DNA from: Malacoraja senta
Taxonomy: Eukaryota
Reading direction: 5' to 3'
DNA length: 64,000 bases
Assembly (NCBI GenBank): GCA_038087875.1
Contig: CM075987.1
Coordinates: 19,408,001-19,472,000, forward strand
Made by a program: the position numbers and the translations under genes. Under the pieces are notes generated by a model. That model did no database searches and was not told where the DNA came from. It saw only the letters and a list, made by a program, of their open reading frames with translations. Shown here piece after piece: positions 35,229 through 48,540 of this stretch; within the stretch, counting starts at the first letter, position 1, and each line of letters starts with the position of its first letter.

Positions 35229-36458
35229 TTCACCCTCTAAAGAGCTCTGGCTTTAATTTTATAATTCAACCCACCCCGTTTCATATTCTCTCAGTTAGTT
35301 TTTACAATAAGGTTCAGAGATCAGACTTGGGTAGAGAACATTGCTGTAGGGAAAATGTAAGTGAAGGCCGAGTGAGTTTAGGTGGATGGGAGTGCTACAC
35401 ACTTATTTATTCTTAAAGGTGAGTTCGAGGCTGATTTTAATTTCCTAACAATCATCTGTCTGTGTGAGTCGTCTCATCAAAAACAAATTTGGATTAAAGT
35501 TTGTGAATTGCTATTGTCACATAAAATAATTTATATGTACATTAGTCAACTTTAAAATTGTCATTTGTTTTACAAATTCATCCATCATTGCAGCACTCTT
35601 CTTTACCACATCTTAGACCACATCTACAATCTAGTGAGACCTGTCCTTAATCTGTGTTCCTCTGAATCAATCTGAAGGGTCCCACCCAAAATGTCACCAA
35701 TCCATTTCCTCCCCAGATGCTACTTCAACAATGAGCGCTTTGCTTTTAGCTCAAAAATTTCAGCATCTGCATTTTCTTGTTTCTTTAACTCTGACCTTTT
35801 TTACACCCACACTCATTCTGCCACCGGAACCTGTGGCTTCACTCTATGCTTTTCTTCATCAGCTCCTTAAAACCAACCTTTGACCAATCATTTAATTACA
35901 TAAAAAACTTATATTTATGTGGATTGGCATCAAAGTTTCTTTGATAATTTTGTTTAAATGTTGCTTTGGATGTTTTCAAAATAAAACCAGAAGATTTTAG
36001 CATTTAAATATTATAAAAAGATAGTTGTCTCTTTCCTGCTGAACTTGGCTTTGCTATTCATTCCTTCAGAAATTCACACCAGGTAAACATACTGTGATGT
36101 GCACCCTGCTTCTCAGAGGCATTATCCTAAAAATATTATTCATAGGCCAATAAAGAATGTAGTAGAAGGGCACTAAGGAGAGACTTGAAGCGGATTGAGA
36201 ATGTTGGGGAGATGGAGAGATTGTTTTGATACTATGAATTCATGTTTTTCAACCCTCTGGGCTAAAAGAACTGTTCATGACATGGCATTATAAAGGATTG
36301 AGAAGATGCTACAACAGATGAATGTTCATTGAAGGGAAACTTGAACAAGTAAGAGAAACAAGAGGTATCAAAGAGAAGTTTTGAGTTCGAGCCGTTGGCA
36401 GTGAGGCAGAGGATGGTGTGGTGGATGAGGAAGGCTGGTACATGAAGGAATACATGCA

Positions 36459-37250
36459 GGGAGGACAAAGGACAAAGGACATTTATTGTCACATACACCA
36501 ATTGGTGCAGTGATATTTGAGTTACCTTGCAGCACACAAATAAGATAAACACAACACTTTAGAATTGAAAATAAAACATAAAAAACATCCCCCCACAGCG
36601 GAATCAACGTTTCCCACTGTGAGGGAAGGCACCAAAGTTCAGTCCTCTTCCTCTGTTCACCCGTGATCGGGGCCTATTGAGGCCACTGCAACGGTGGCCC
36701 GATGTTTGTTTCAGGCCCTCGAACGGAAAAACACTCTCAGCGGCCCGGAGCCTCCGAATTGGCCGCTTCCTACTGGAGACCACGGCCTCCGAAGTCCACA
36801 GGCCGAGCTGGGCGGAGATTCAACGCTGGCGACTTCGGCGAGAGATTCCAGGCTCTCTGGCTGGAAGCTCCGCAGACCACAGCTCCACGGTGTTCAGTCG
36901 GCAGTCCCAGCACTCCAGAGCTCCAACACGGCAATTCCCAGTAAGGCATCACTCGCTCCGCGATGGAATCCAGTGCTGCGCCGCTGCTGAAGCTGAAGCT
37001 CTGGCCGGTTTCTGGCAGGAAAGGCCGCGCCAATCCAGATGGTAGGCCGCGAGATGGGGCGAAATGTGGCTCGAAGAATAGTCGCATCCTCGACCAGGAA
37101 GTGACTAAGAACACCCCCCCCTCCCCCCACATAAAAAAAAGACTCAAAGACCTCCAAAAACAAACTTTAAAACAGGTGAAAAATAACAAAAAGAATGAAA
37201 GGACAGACAGCTGCAGGCGAGGTAGCCAGACTCGATGGCGCCACCACTCG
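36459..37250 (-). mobile_element. CpG-rich non-coding retroposon with a Rex/Babar-like 3' tail
   Basis: Minus-strand 5' end gagtggtggcgcc..ctcgcctgcagctgtctgt and 3' end gtgacaataaa plus short tandem tail (tcctttg); same layout as 48541-49325. Confidence 0.65.
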
Positions 37251-40204
37251 ACTGGAGCTTTGAATGATCAATGACACAAAGCCAGATGAGAGAGCTTGGG
37301 AATACTCGGGTCTGGGGAGATCAGGACATTGATGAGGTATTCAAGTTGTAATTAAACCTGCAATCTGTTAATCATCAACCTGCAGAGACATGAGAAAATC
37401 TTTTTTTTTTTTTTTATCATTATAAAAAAAAAAATTTACCTGTGTCAACTGACTATTTTAAATTCAATTTATATTGAGTCTATTCCATTCATTTTAGTTT
37501 AGTTTAGAGATACAGCCTGGAAAAAGGCCCTTCGACCCACGCCGACCAGCGATCCTCACATATTAACACTCCCCTACACACACTAGGGACAATTTTCACA
37601 TTTACCAAGCTAATTTACCTACATACCTGCTGTTATTTTGCTGTTTTAGGTAAACAGCACAGGAGTTTTTCTTTGTAGAGTAGCGGTCCTTAATTTAACT
37701 ATACCAATGCAATTTTGACTCCAGTAGGAAGCGGCCACTACGGAGTTAGCTCTAAAAGTCCAAAGACCATGCAACTGCACCCCCTAGTGACAATATTCAA
37801 CATTAAAAACAGGAGAAGATAGAAACATCAGCAACCAAACAGCATCAGTAGCAAGAAAACTAGTGTTAATGCTGAAAAAAAAATCTTCATCAGAAATAGG
37901 TAAGAGAGAAGATGAGTTAGTTCTAGACTGAAGAGATGGGGAGAAATGGATAGGATGATGGGAATATTGCTAATAACACAGTCAGGATTGCTGGGAGATC
38001 ATTCAAGTCACTGGGTAATGGGGAGAGAAAAAAGAAAAGGATCTGAACAACGGAATGGAAATGCTATGACAAGGAATGGTCATTATATGTTATGTAATAA
38101 TAGTACGTACAGTTGGAAAGCATGAAAGAGCTGGTCATCTTAAAGAGTAATATGCTTTTGATTATGGGAATATACTGTTCTATGTAAATAAAAACACCCA
38201 AGGAATTTGTGTAGCTATTGGAAGTATAGCTCATCTGGTTGGAAATAAGGCACCTAAAATATTCAAATCTTTTTCACAGCCATCTGATTAGATATGGGGT
38301 TTCCGTAAGAGCTGCAGACAGATCAGCACAGTGCAGTAAAGCCAGTAGAAGCACGATCTAACATAATGCATGGATTTATATAGAGCGTTTTATGATTTTG
38401 ACATATTAAAATGCTTTATAACCAAGAATTTACTTTCAACATCTGGGCACTGTGACATTTCAGCAGCTAATTTAAGCATATTAGTTGTATTGTTCTTATG
38501 TGGCTACTGTTTTAGAGGTGTTGATAATATTGATCAAGGCACCTAGAAAAACATAACTGCTTTTCTTCAAATAGTAATGTGGAGTAATTTAATTTTACCT
38601 GAGAGAGCAGAAAGTATCTGAGTTTAAGTTTCATCTTATGGTACAATGTTTCCTTAACACAACACTGGACTGAGGACAGATTTTTCTAAAATGAATAATC
38701 TACTCAGAAAAAATGTGCAGCTGATAAGCAATGTGCTGATCTTGCATGCTAAATTAAACATTTATTATAAAAATTGGGAGCAGCACGTTTGGACTCAAAA
38801 AGAGAACAAATATGTTCAGAATCACAGTAAAGGACAGAAGAATCAAATCAAAGAAATACACAACTATCATAAAGCATGAAATTATTGATCTAATCTTCAA
38901 TGGTATCCTTGGCACATAAACTATTGAGATGTTTGCACGCATTTTTGATTTCTTCCCCATGCATGAAAATGTAATGGTATAAACAATGATGCAAGATTAA
39001 GTTAGAGTCAAGGTTGAACCAGATTTTAATAATAATCCACTCAGTTCACAGTATTAACCACATCCAACACAACGGTGACAGGCACAGAGTAAGCAGATGC
39101 CATAGATGACTCAGAGGTCAAGGAAGGAAAAGTTCCCACACCCCCTAAAAAAAAAAATATTGTATTTTTAAATCATCTAAAAGAAACAAGCACATTTTAA
39201 TTATCCAAACATGCTTCCACAGTGCAAAAATCAACCAAGGCAATTGCGCAGCAATTAATGGTTACCAGTACGAAGAATGGCCATCTGAAATGCTCAATAA
39301 GTCATTTGATAAGTGCAGCTCACTTTTGGCTTTAGTTCTTAATGGAATCAGACTTCAGAGTTATACCATCACTCTCAGCATTAAAATACATAAAGCATAA
39401 AATCTGCCCATGGCAGTGAAAATTCACACCCCCATCATTATTTTTTAATGGTTGATTTTGTGCCCTTTTTTTGCTTCTCACACAAGTAATATTAAATCTA
39501 CTCTTCCCTAGTTTAGGCAGAAAGAGTGTCCTAACTACATGTAGATGTCCGCTATTACAACACTGATCAGTCTGGTCAATGGAAACGAGGTTCAAAAGAT
39601 CATTCCCTTAAATCAACATCATCCTTTGAAAAAAAAGTCAAAGTGCTGGAGTAACTCAGCAGGTCAGAAAACATCTTTGGAGGACATGAACAGGTGATGT
39701 TTCGAGTCAGACTGAAGAAGAGTCCTACTCAAAATGTCGGTCCATTCCCTCGAGATACTTCCTGACTCAGTTACTCCAGCACTTTGTGCTCTTTTTTAAT
39801 AAACAAACATCTACAGTTCCTTGTATCACCATCTTTTTTTAAAACAATTAAAACGCACACACATTTTGTAGTTTACTTCAATGACTTGTGTTTATTTGAA
39901 TAGTGTATCGCTTGATGTAAGAGCTGAATTACCCATTTTAGTTGTGAAGTGCAAGACCATTGTTGTTTGTGTACCAATCATAATTGTGTGCTAACGAATG
40001 CAAATCAAGTGGAGACATTGACCAGTCGTCAACTAGTTGGACAGCAGCCGAGTTTGAAAAGAGAAAGATCTTTTGACAAATGAGTTGATATTTTTAATTT
40101 ATTGCCATATTATCATTAAGCGATGCTCATGCTGACTGTCCCAAATCAACCCATTGTCTTCCAAAGGGGAGTAAATCCTTTCCCAAATAATCCTCTCCAA
40201 TAGT

Positions 40205-40620
40205 TTCCCTACCACTGGCATGAAGTGCTGTAATTCCCTGCCCCAAAATACTGTTTCACAGAAACACTAGTCACCTGACCAGGCTCATTTCCCAACACAT
40301 GGTCCAGTATGTTACCTTCTTGGGTTGGACTATCCACATACTGTTTCAAGAAACTCTCTTGGATACACCTCACAAATTCTGCCTCGTCAAAGACGTTGGC
40401 ACTGAGGAAGTCCCGGTAAATATTGGGAAAGTTAAAACCATCCACTAAGACAACCCCATTGCTTTGGCATGTTTCGTTAATCGGTCTACATAACTGCTCC
40501 TCTATCTCCTACTTGCAATTTGTGGGCCTATAGTGCAATCCCATTAGAGTGGTTGAACATTTCTCATTTCTAAGCTTCACCTATACCGTCTCAGCGGACG
40601 AACCCTCCTCCTGCATGTGC
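40205..40620 (-). mobile_element. Degraded CR1-like LINE endonuclease-region fragment
   Basis: GFNFPNI...EFVRCIQESFLKQYVDSPTQEGNILDHVLGNEPGQV resembles the AP-endonuclease of CR1 ORF2. Confidence 0.75.
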
Positions 40621-40839
40621 TCTCTGCGTGCCACCATAACAGTCTCCTTGCACGTTCAGCTTAGATAACACGGAACTTTGTGTGAATCCAAAAGATATTG
40701 CCTAATGAACGAAACAATTGACACTGTTGAGGAAAAAAGTTAACTAAAATCATTTGCACAACTTTTGGTAAAATTTAGTTATGAAAATCCTTTTGTATGG
40801 TTCAAACCATACAAAAGGAATGAAGGAATTAACAAAACT

Positions 40840-43800
40840 ATTCATGCCACTTATTTCACTTTATTGAAATATCTTGTGCACTTAGATCTGCATTAATAAT
40901 GAAGCAACAATGGAACTCTATACTAAGTTTTGTAATTGTGAGAATAATTTAAGTATCCATTTTGTAATCACTGTACAAGATAAAGACTACAGCAGATTAT
41001 TTCCACCTTTACAAGGTAGCAGGTTAAGATATTAAATCAACAATCTGGCCAATGCAAATGATACACATTCCATTTTATAACTGGAGTAGCAAACTTTGAT
41101 CATACTGAAATGTTTAGAGAACTTCCGAACTATAGCGCACTTAATAAAAGCTTCACAGGATTTCCTCAATATATTTGGGATAAATTAGTTAATATGCACT
41201 GATTACACCATCAGTTTCAAAACATTTAAAAGTGACTATGGGAGCAAATGGAATTCTGCAAAGGGGAATTTAAAACATTTTTGGCAGTCTGTTGCTAACA
41301 TCCTCAAGTCACAATTTGTTACATCAGGGTACAAATCCTATTTCCCCACATTGTCATTTGTCACTGATACAGCAAACCCTCAATCCAAAAACATTTGCCA
41401 GGTCTTAAGGCAAATGATACTGGGAGCAATTTTAGGGGTAGATCTCGAGTTGTAGCAAACACAACAAATAAGCTTCAGGGTTGAGACTCATGAGAAGATT
41501 GCTTCTCTATTACCCAAACCTGAACAAGAGCACACCACATATGAAACATGGCAACATGAGAAGTCTCCAGAGCAACTTTGCCCTTTAAAGATAACTATGG
41601 CTGATTTGTACTTATCTTTGCTCCATACCATTTTAAGTGTCTGTTGACCTCAGCAATTTAAAAAAAACAATTAACCTACATTTCCACATTCTTTTGGAGA
41701 GCGAATTCCAATATGGAAAAATGATTTCTGATTTCACTCTGGAATGGACTCGCTGTAACTTTAAAACTGTAAACATTGGTAATTGTTTCCCGTACCTACC
41801 CCATAAAATGCCTTTATAGTTTGACTTACTTCAATTACATTCAGGAATTAAAAGCTTTAAAATGTGAGCAACAAATATTGTTGATGTTCATCGTGACAAA
41901 AATTCTGGAGGCTTTGAACAAATATTTAGTTACGAAAAATAAATTTGTGCAATGTTTTATCTTACAAACTTTTGAAGTACCTCTGCAATAAAATCAGAAT
42001 CCTTCACAAAGGAACTTAAAAGAAAATTATTTCTTAGAAACATCACATTGAAATATATATACATTTTTGTAACAGATAAGTGGTTCCTATTGTGCATTGT
42101 GCACCTTACATTTGGAAGCTACACGTGGCTGTATAAAGTAGCCTGGAAATACTCAACACAATTGCCTTTCTGCAAATAAGATACAGCTGTGAATATCGTA
42201 CTGCCTTATATGAATCATGACATTTTCACCAGAGAAAGATCAAGACAAAATCTAAAGGGCACTGTTCTTCTCCAGCACATCCGTACAAGGGAGAAGAATG
42301 TTTTTCTAAATGCAACACAAATGGTGCAGATTAATATTCACCCCTCCACCACATAACTATGTATTGGAAAAAACCCTCTCCAAACAGTGCACCAGCAGGT
42401 CTCACATTTTGTAAATGATTCAATACATTACACGTTGCATGCAGCATGCTTTACACTTAACAATTTCTGCATCTTAAAATGTTTGTACGTGATTTTGTAA
42501 AATTTTCAGCTCTTTAAAATGACTTTGGTAATGTCCCTCATAAATTGCAACTCTGAGCAAAGGCAAGGTGAATCTATTATTATTTGATTTAAACACAAAT
42601 GTGTAAATTTTGATGGATTTCCAACCTCTTCCAACCATCAACAACTCTCCCCACCGTATCTTCACTCAATTTCTAGATTCCCTTTCAAAACATAATTGTT
42701 TTTTGTTAACAAGCATTTTGCTTTTGTGGGTGGGGGAAATCATTTGACAACTTAAGTATGAAATAACTCCATCTGCATTGGCGGAATATCAGGGCTGTTT
42801 TACAATTACACATTGGTAGCAATCTGGTATTGAGAAAAAGTAAAGTGGACCAGAATATTTGAACCAGAATATTTGAACCATCCACATTTTTTTTTTTTAA
42901 GATGTAGTACCAGCTCTAACATCTAGTAACATTTGAAGTGAAGGAAATTAAAAGATAATTGGAAATGCTCACCAGCTGTTTAAAATAGTAGTTTATCAGA
43001 AACCAATGTCTCTTTTTTTTACATAGGCACAACTTACTGGTATGCTTGCTCTACAAACATTTCTAATTTGATTTCCAATGCCTTCTGCCTACTCCCTCCT
43101 CACAGGCAGATTTAAGTATGCAGATAGAATCTGAACAAAAGGAATAACTTTACCAAAACAGATTAATATTACCACTATCTGGTAATATACGGAATTCCTG
43201 CTCGTGGGGGAGAGACTGTAGACATCCATCAACATCTTTACAATGTAAGTTAATAGGACTGTGCTGAAAAGAACTGTGCATTTCCGTTTTAACCAAATAT
43301 GTTCTGTCAGACAGAATGTAGATCCGTTTAGGTCAGGCAAAACCAAACATTACATTCAAAACAGTTTATGCCGATGTTAGGACATTTATTGCTGATTAAA
43401 TAGGAAGAAGCTCCCTGTTTTTTTAATGATAAGAATGACCAGATTTATAGTTCTTCATTGCACACTCTGTCATATAAACCCAACAATGAAAATGTTATAA
43501 TTAGCTGGTCAACTGCCTGATGCAGCCTGGAATTGGTTCATATATGTGTGAATTTAGTGCACATCAATTTCTGAATTATCACTAATTCACACAAGATCCT
43601 ACAATTTAGCAATTCAGTACTCTGATAATTTATTATTTAAAATAACAGATCCAATAATTTCAGTTAAACAAAGAAATACAGCAAAATCAAAATTTAGTGC
43701 TTGAATTATGTTGAGTAACTGTATCAATGGTTATGTTTGATTTTTCTAAAATGATTATCTTTTATGACTGCTTCAAATTCCAATTAAATTTCAAGGCAAG

Positions 43801-45547
43801 TCAGCATACCAACCTGCCCATTCAAACACAACCAGTGACTTGTCAAGAAGAATATAACAAGAGGTCTCTTGGGTTTGGTTCACATTCACGAAGATCATAC
43901 CAATGAGATCTACTCAAATTCTACTTTCCAATCTTTTCCCCGTATTTCTCAAATCCCGTGGTGTAAAAAATAATCTCTATATTGAACATACCCTTGGCCT
44001 GTGCATCTACAACATGTGGTGCAGAAAATTCCAAGGATTATCCCTAGCTGGGAAGAAATTTCTCCTCATTTTATTTCTGGGCTGTCATACCAGCCTTAAA
44101 ACAACTTGTACATAGAGCTTGAACATATTATTGCAGTTTACTATCAATCTAGACAGCACGAATCCCACATCTCATTCTAAATTGCTACTCTCGAGATCTG
44201 TGCTTATTCTAAACATGGTTGCTCTTTTTAATTAATTGGAATTGTGGAACTGTGGTTCCTTCCAATTGCTCTTTCAGGCAGAATTCTGTAGCTAATTTAA
44301 ATTGTACACTTTTCCCGAGAGAACTGTTTTAAACTTTTGGCAAGCAAGCAGCTTGTTCTGAAGAATTCCTGATCTTTTATGCATTATAGTGAGAGATTTT
44401 CGATAATGCTTACTTTAAGAAAAACAATATTATAATTATAAAATCAGAACAAGCTTACCTTCTCACAAACTCTTATAAGCCTGACCTCCAGTCATAAAGC
44501 AGCACTCATGGAGAGCTGCCTGTCGCTCAAGGTATAAGAAGTGATGCATAGAAATGGTAAAAACAAGTAGCAAGTAAAATTGATAATTGCATGTTTGCTT
44601 AAGAAATCCATTGCTGCTGCTTAGGTTAAAGTGAAACAAAGCAACATTTTCAACAACTTGAACAATGCATTCAGCTGACATTTAAAGGCAAATTTGCCTG
44701 TTATTTTTGCATAAAGCTGATACAGCCACTTTTCAGTAGAAAGCTCATGGCACCAAATTACATGAAGCTTATTAAGATCACACTGAAGAGGAGAACTAGT
44801 TCTCTGCAGCCGACCTGATCACAGTTTTTCTGTCAAAACACAAAGTGATGGAGTAACACAGCCGGTCAGGCAGCAACTATGGAGGGAATGGGCAGATGAC
44901 TTTTCAGGTCAGGACCTTTGTTCAGACTGAAGGTCCCGACGCAAACATTGATGTTGCCTGCCTCCCCAAATGCTGACTGACCAGCGCTTTGTGTTTTGAT
45001 CATTTTCCAACTTCTGCGGTTTCTTGTGTCCACACTGGTCTTCTGTGTTCTTTCTTACACAGCTGTCAATTATCGTCACAACATTACCACTTTCCATTTC
45101 TTCACTGCACAGTTATCAACCAAATATTCTCAAACAAATCTTCCATGTGAAGAATTCATTTAACGTGCCAGGTTCAAGATCACTCAGCTGGGTGTTGCAT
45201 GTGTCATAGGTCTGCGGCAGAGGCTCGTTTAAAAATAAAAATGACTGGCCTGCTTAACAGAACACATGAACTTTTATCGATACACATTATATAGACAAAA
45301 ATGTAGCCTCTAAAGAAATACAGTCATGTTTAGGCTGGTAGAGCATTATAATGGTCCCATAGCACTTTACTTTACAGTGTATAATGCCAAGCACTCTTTT
45401 GATTTAGCTATACAATTAGTCAAGAAGAAATAAAATGTTTTGTTTAAAAAAAAGATAATTTCTACAGTTAAATTACAAAGTGCTCACATAGATTCATCAC
45501 AGGTGCAAAAGTTGCAGTTTTCACAACCTTCAGCTCAGTATCATAAT
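40840..45547 (-). other. USP20: Putative non-coding terminal exon (3' UTR) of USP20
   Basis: Strong acceptor ttaacctttttgttttgcAG|ATT at 45548-45549. AT-rich, largely repeat-poor sequence. AATAAA at 40860-40865 (minus) followed by a U/GU-rich tract. The 3' end is uncertain; other AATAAA at ~44069, 43629 and 43385. Confidence 0.5.
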
Positions 45548-46647
45548 CTGCAAAACAAAAAGGTTAATCCCTTGTTAGTCCATTGGGTTTTTGGTTGAAC
45601 CATTGCATTAGGATTCCCCTGCTGTTCAGTTCTACTTTTATTTTCATTTGTTGCATTTTTTTTTGCTTTGTTAAACTTCATTACTGAAAAAAGACAACTT
45701 ATAAAATGAAGTCATTGAAATAATTAGCACACCTGACAAAAGGGAAGGCAGATAAATACAAAGGAGAAAGGAGTAGAATATATGGATGCAGAAAGGCAAA
45801 ATAAAAACTTCAGAATTAAAAACACTATGTGCTGGAAATGTCTGAATGAGCTTGACCCAAAACGTCATCCATTCTTTCTCTCCAGAGATCCTGCCTGTCC
45901 CGCTGAGTTACTCTAGCATTTTGTGTCCATCTTCACTGGAAATACTTAGCAGGTCTGGAAGAATATGTTTTAAAGTGGAGCCTGATCATTCTAACCATAG
46001 AAGAGGGTCTAGCGTATGCAGCATTGCCTGCTTCCTGATTCAAGTTGAAGAACGGTAATTGAAACGTTAACTCTTTTTCCCTTCTGCACCTATCCTGTTG
46101 AGCTTTTTGATAGGATTGAATAAATCAAGGCAGGAGGCGATTTACGTGGAGTATAATCACTTGTACAGAGCAATCAGGCCAAACGGCCCATTATAATTCT
46201 ATCCGAATGTTACACTACATTTCCTAGTCTGCATTGTTGAGCTTCCAGACCCTTGCTAACAAACCTGGAATTACTCTTCCCCAACTTGCTTTTTAAGCAG
46301 TTTGACATCTCAGCATACCGCTTTCACTCAGAGTAACACATCTTTATTCTATTTACAACTTGATAGAAGGTAATTTGCCGGTGCTCATCCCAAACACCAT
46401 CATAGAGATGCTGCCCATGTTAAGAGCAGTTTAGATTCTCTCCTCCTCTTCCATTAAAAATACAATTTTGTTTAAATGATATTAACAAGTAGGAATAATT
46501 TCACTGGCATAAATGGAACTTAGTGAGTTTAAATTACTCTATCGTCACCATGGCATTGGATAATACACGCAGACTAGGACTTTGATATTTCAGAAAATAT
46601 TTGGAATCAATTAAGTACTTTACACTTCCTAATATTCCATGTAGATC

Positions 46648-46823
46648 AGGGGTTCCCAACCTTTTTCGTCCCGTTTACCCCAGGCAATTTTAATAGCACA
46701 TAACAATGTTAATTCATTTATTTATGAACAACTAATGATGAACAGATACCGGTATACCAGAACCAAACACAGTCAGTCAATGAGAAAAAATATGTACAAA
46801 TCCAGAATCAACAAATTTACCCC
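46648..46823 (+). mobile_element. hAT (Charlie-like) MITE fragment
   Basis: Begins CAGGGGTTCCCAACCTTTTT with tttacccc subterminal motifs; no second TIR found. Confidence 0.6.
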
Positions 46824-47392
46824 AGATGTAGATAAAAGATGTATGCAAATCATGCCTTCCAGTTGATCTCTCAAATAGAATCAGAGTCATACAGCCCAAC
46901 TTGCCCATGCCGACCAAGATGTCCCATTACATCTAGTCCCATTTACCCATGATTGGCCCATATCCCTCTAAACCTTTCCTATCCATGTAACACAATTTAG
47001 TTAAATGGAAAATCGGTTTGGATTTTAGATTTTTAAAAATGCACCTATTGCTTGCTTCAGGAATTTCATAGCATGCCTAAGGATCTTGGGATGGCAAGTG
47101 GAATGAATCATTTTGTGGCACCAAATTACCAGGTGCTAACCATCAGCAGGATATCTAACTATCTCCTTTAACATTTAACTGCATCTCTATTTCCAATCCT
47201 CCAATAACATCCTCCAATTATTAAGCCAAGCATCATGACTTACCAGAAACTTAACTGAACCAGTTAAATACCGTAGCTACAAGGGAAAACTAGAAGATCA
47301 GCGAGTGACTCACCTGTCAAAGAAACTTAGCTTGAATTGCTGCAATGTAGCAATTTGACAACATCTACTAACACTGAAAACTCTTTCACTCA

Positions 47393-48175
47393 GTGGACAG
47401 CGCTATATCTCAACCTCTCTTTGAACCTCTGAGGCTGAATGGGCAGACAGTTGAGCAGGTAGAGGCCTTTAGATACCTGGGCACAGAGATTGACACCCGC
47501 CTGTCCTTTTCCCAGCACACAGACTCTGTGTACAAGAAGGCACAGCAACGCCTGTTCCTGCTGAGGAAACTCAGGAGCTTTGATGTCAGACAGGACATTT
47601 TAGCAGCTGTCTATAAATCACTTATAGAATCTGTACTCACCTTTAACATCACATCCTGGTTCACCCTCACCTCTGTCAAAGACAAATCAAAGCTTTCCCA
47701 GATCATCAATCAAGCAAGCAAAATAACTGGCAAAACTCAAAATCAATTATCAGTACTCCACACCCAGGCAGTTAAAAGGAAAGCCAACCTCATTACACAG
47801 GATCCCACCCACCCCCTGCACAAGTCCTTCCAACTTCTGCCAGCAGGCCGCCGATATAAAGTCCCCCTATCTAAGAAAAACATCCACAAAAACTCATTCA
47901 TACCCTTTGCCATAAACAGCTTAAATAAAAAATGAACAATGGACAAATTAACCCTGACTTTACACGTATCCACAACTTTCATCTTGTCTATTCTTACAGT
48001 TTTTAATCTTTATACTTGCTTTTAAGATCTATACACACGGTGTGTGCTCGCAGAAATCTGTGTGGTATGACTGCTTATCAGTACATTGTCCTGTTTGTAT
48101 GTTGAGCCACGTCAAAGAAGATTTTCTGTTACGACAGACAATAAAGTTTTCTGAATCTGAATCTGAATCTGAATC
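47393..48175 (+). mobile_element. 5'-truncated Rex/Babar-like LINE (second subfamily)
   Basis: VEQVEAFRYLGTEID..KKAQQRLFLLRKLRSF..YKSLIESVLTF..NSFIPFAI, open to the stop at 47935; gacaataaa plus (TCTGAA)n tail. Confidence 0.88.
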
Positions 48176-48540
48176 ACAAAGTTGCATGACTAGAACCAAT
48201 ATATCATTTTCTTTGGCGTCTCTGTGACAAAACCTCACATGGAACAATCCAATCACTAGTTTCTGAAGGGTAATTAAGAATGGACATTAGCTTTGCCCGG
48301 AATGCCCTCATCACATTAATGAGAAATGTCAGTGTGTTATATTGAGCAAATTGGCAGAAGTTCAATTCTTTAGGATGGGGTCAAGGAAAGAGCGTTCACG
48401 TCGCGGCCCTGTTTTCACCCCACCACGCACAAGAAGCGTAAGACAGACACCATTGTATGCAGATGCCGAGAAGTGTGTTCAGCTCTGGCTGAACAATTTC
48501 TAATCTTGTGTGTGGACTCGATAAGAAGAAGAATTCTTTA

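Noticed and set aside
36677..37274. Stack of 80-139 aa ORFs / CpG-island promoter
   Set aside because: Bounded by retroposon 5' and 3' features shared with 48541-49325; no recognisable protein.
47393..47935. ALKBH8-like host gene (DUF1891)
   Set aside because: This domain is the LINE RT C-terminal region; the copy is 5'-truncated and has a retroposon tail. The same applies to 29415-30017.
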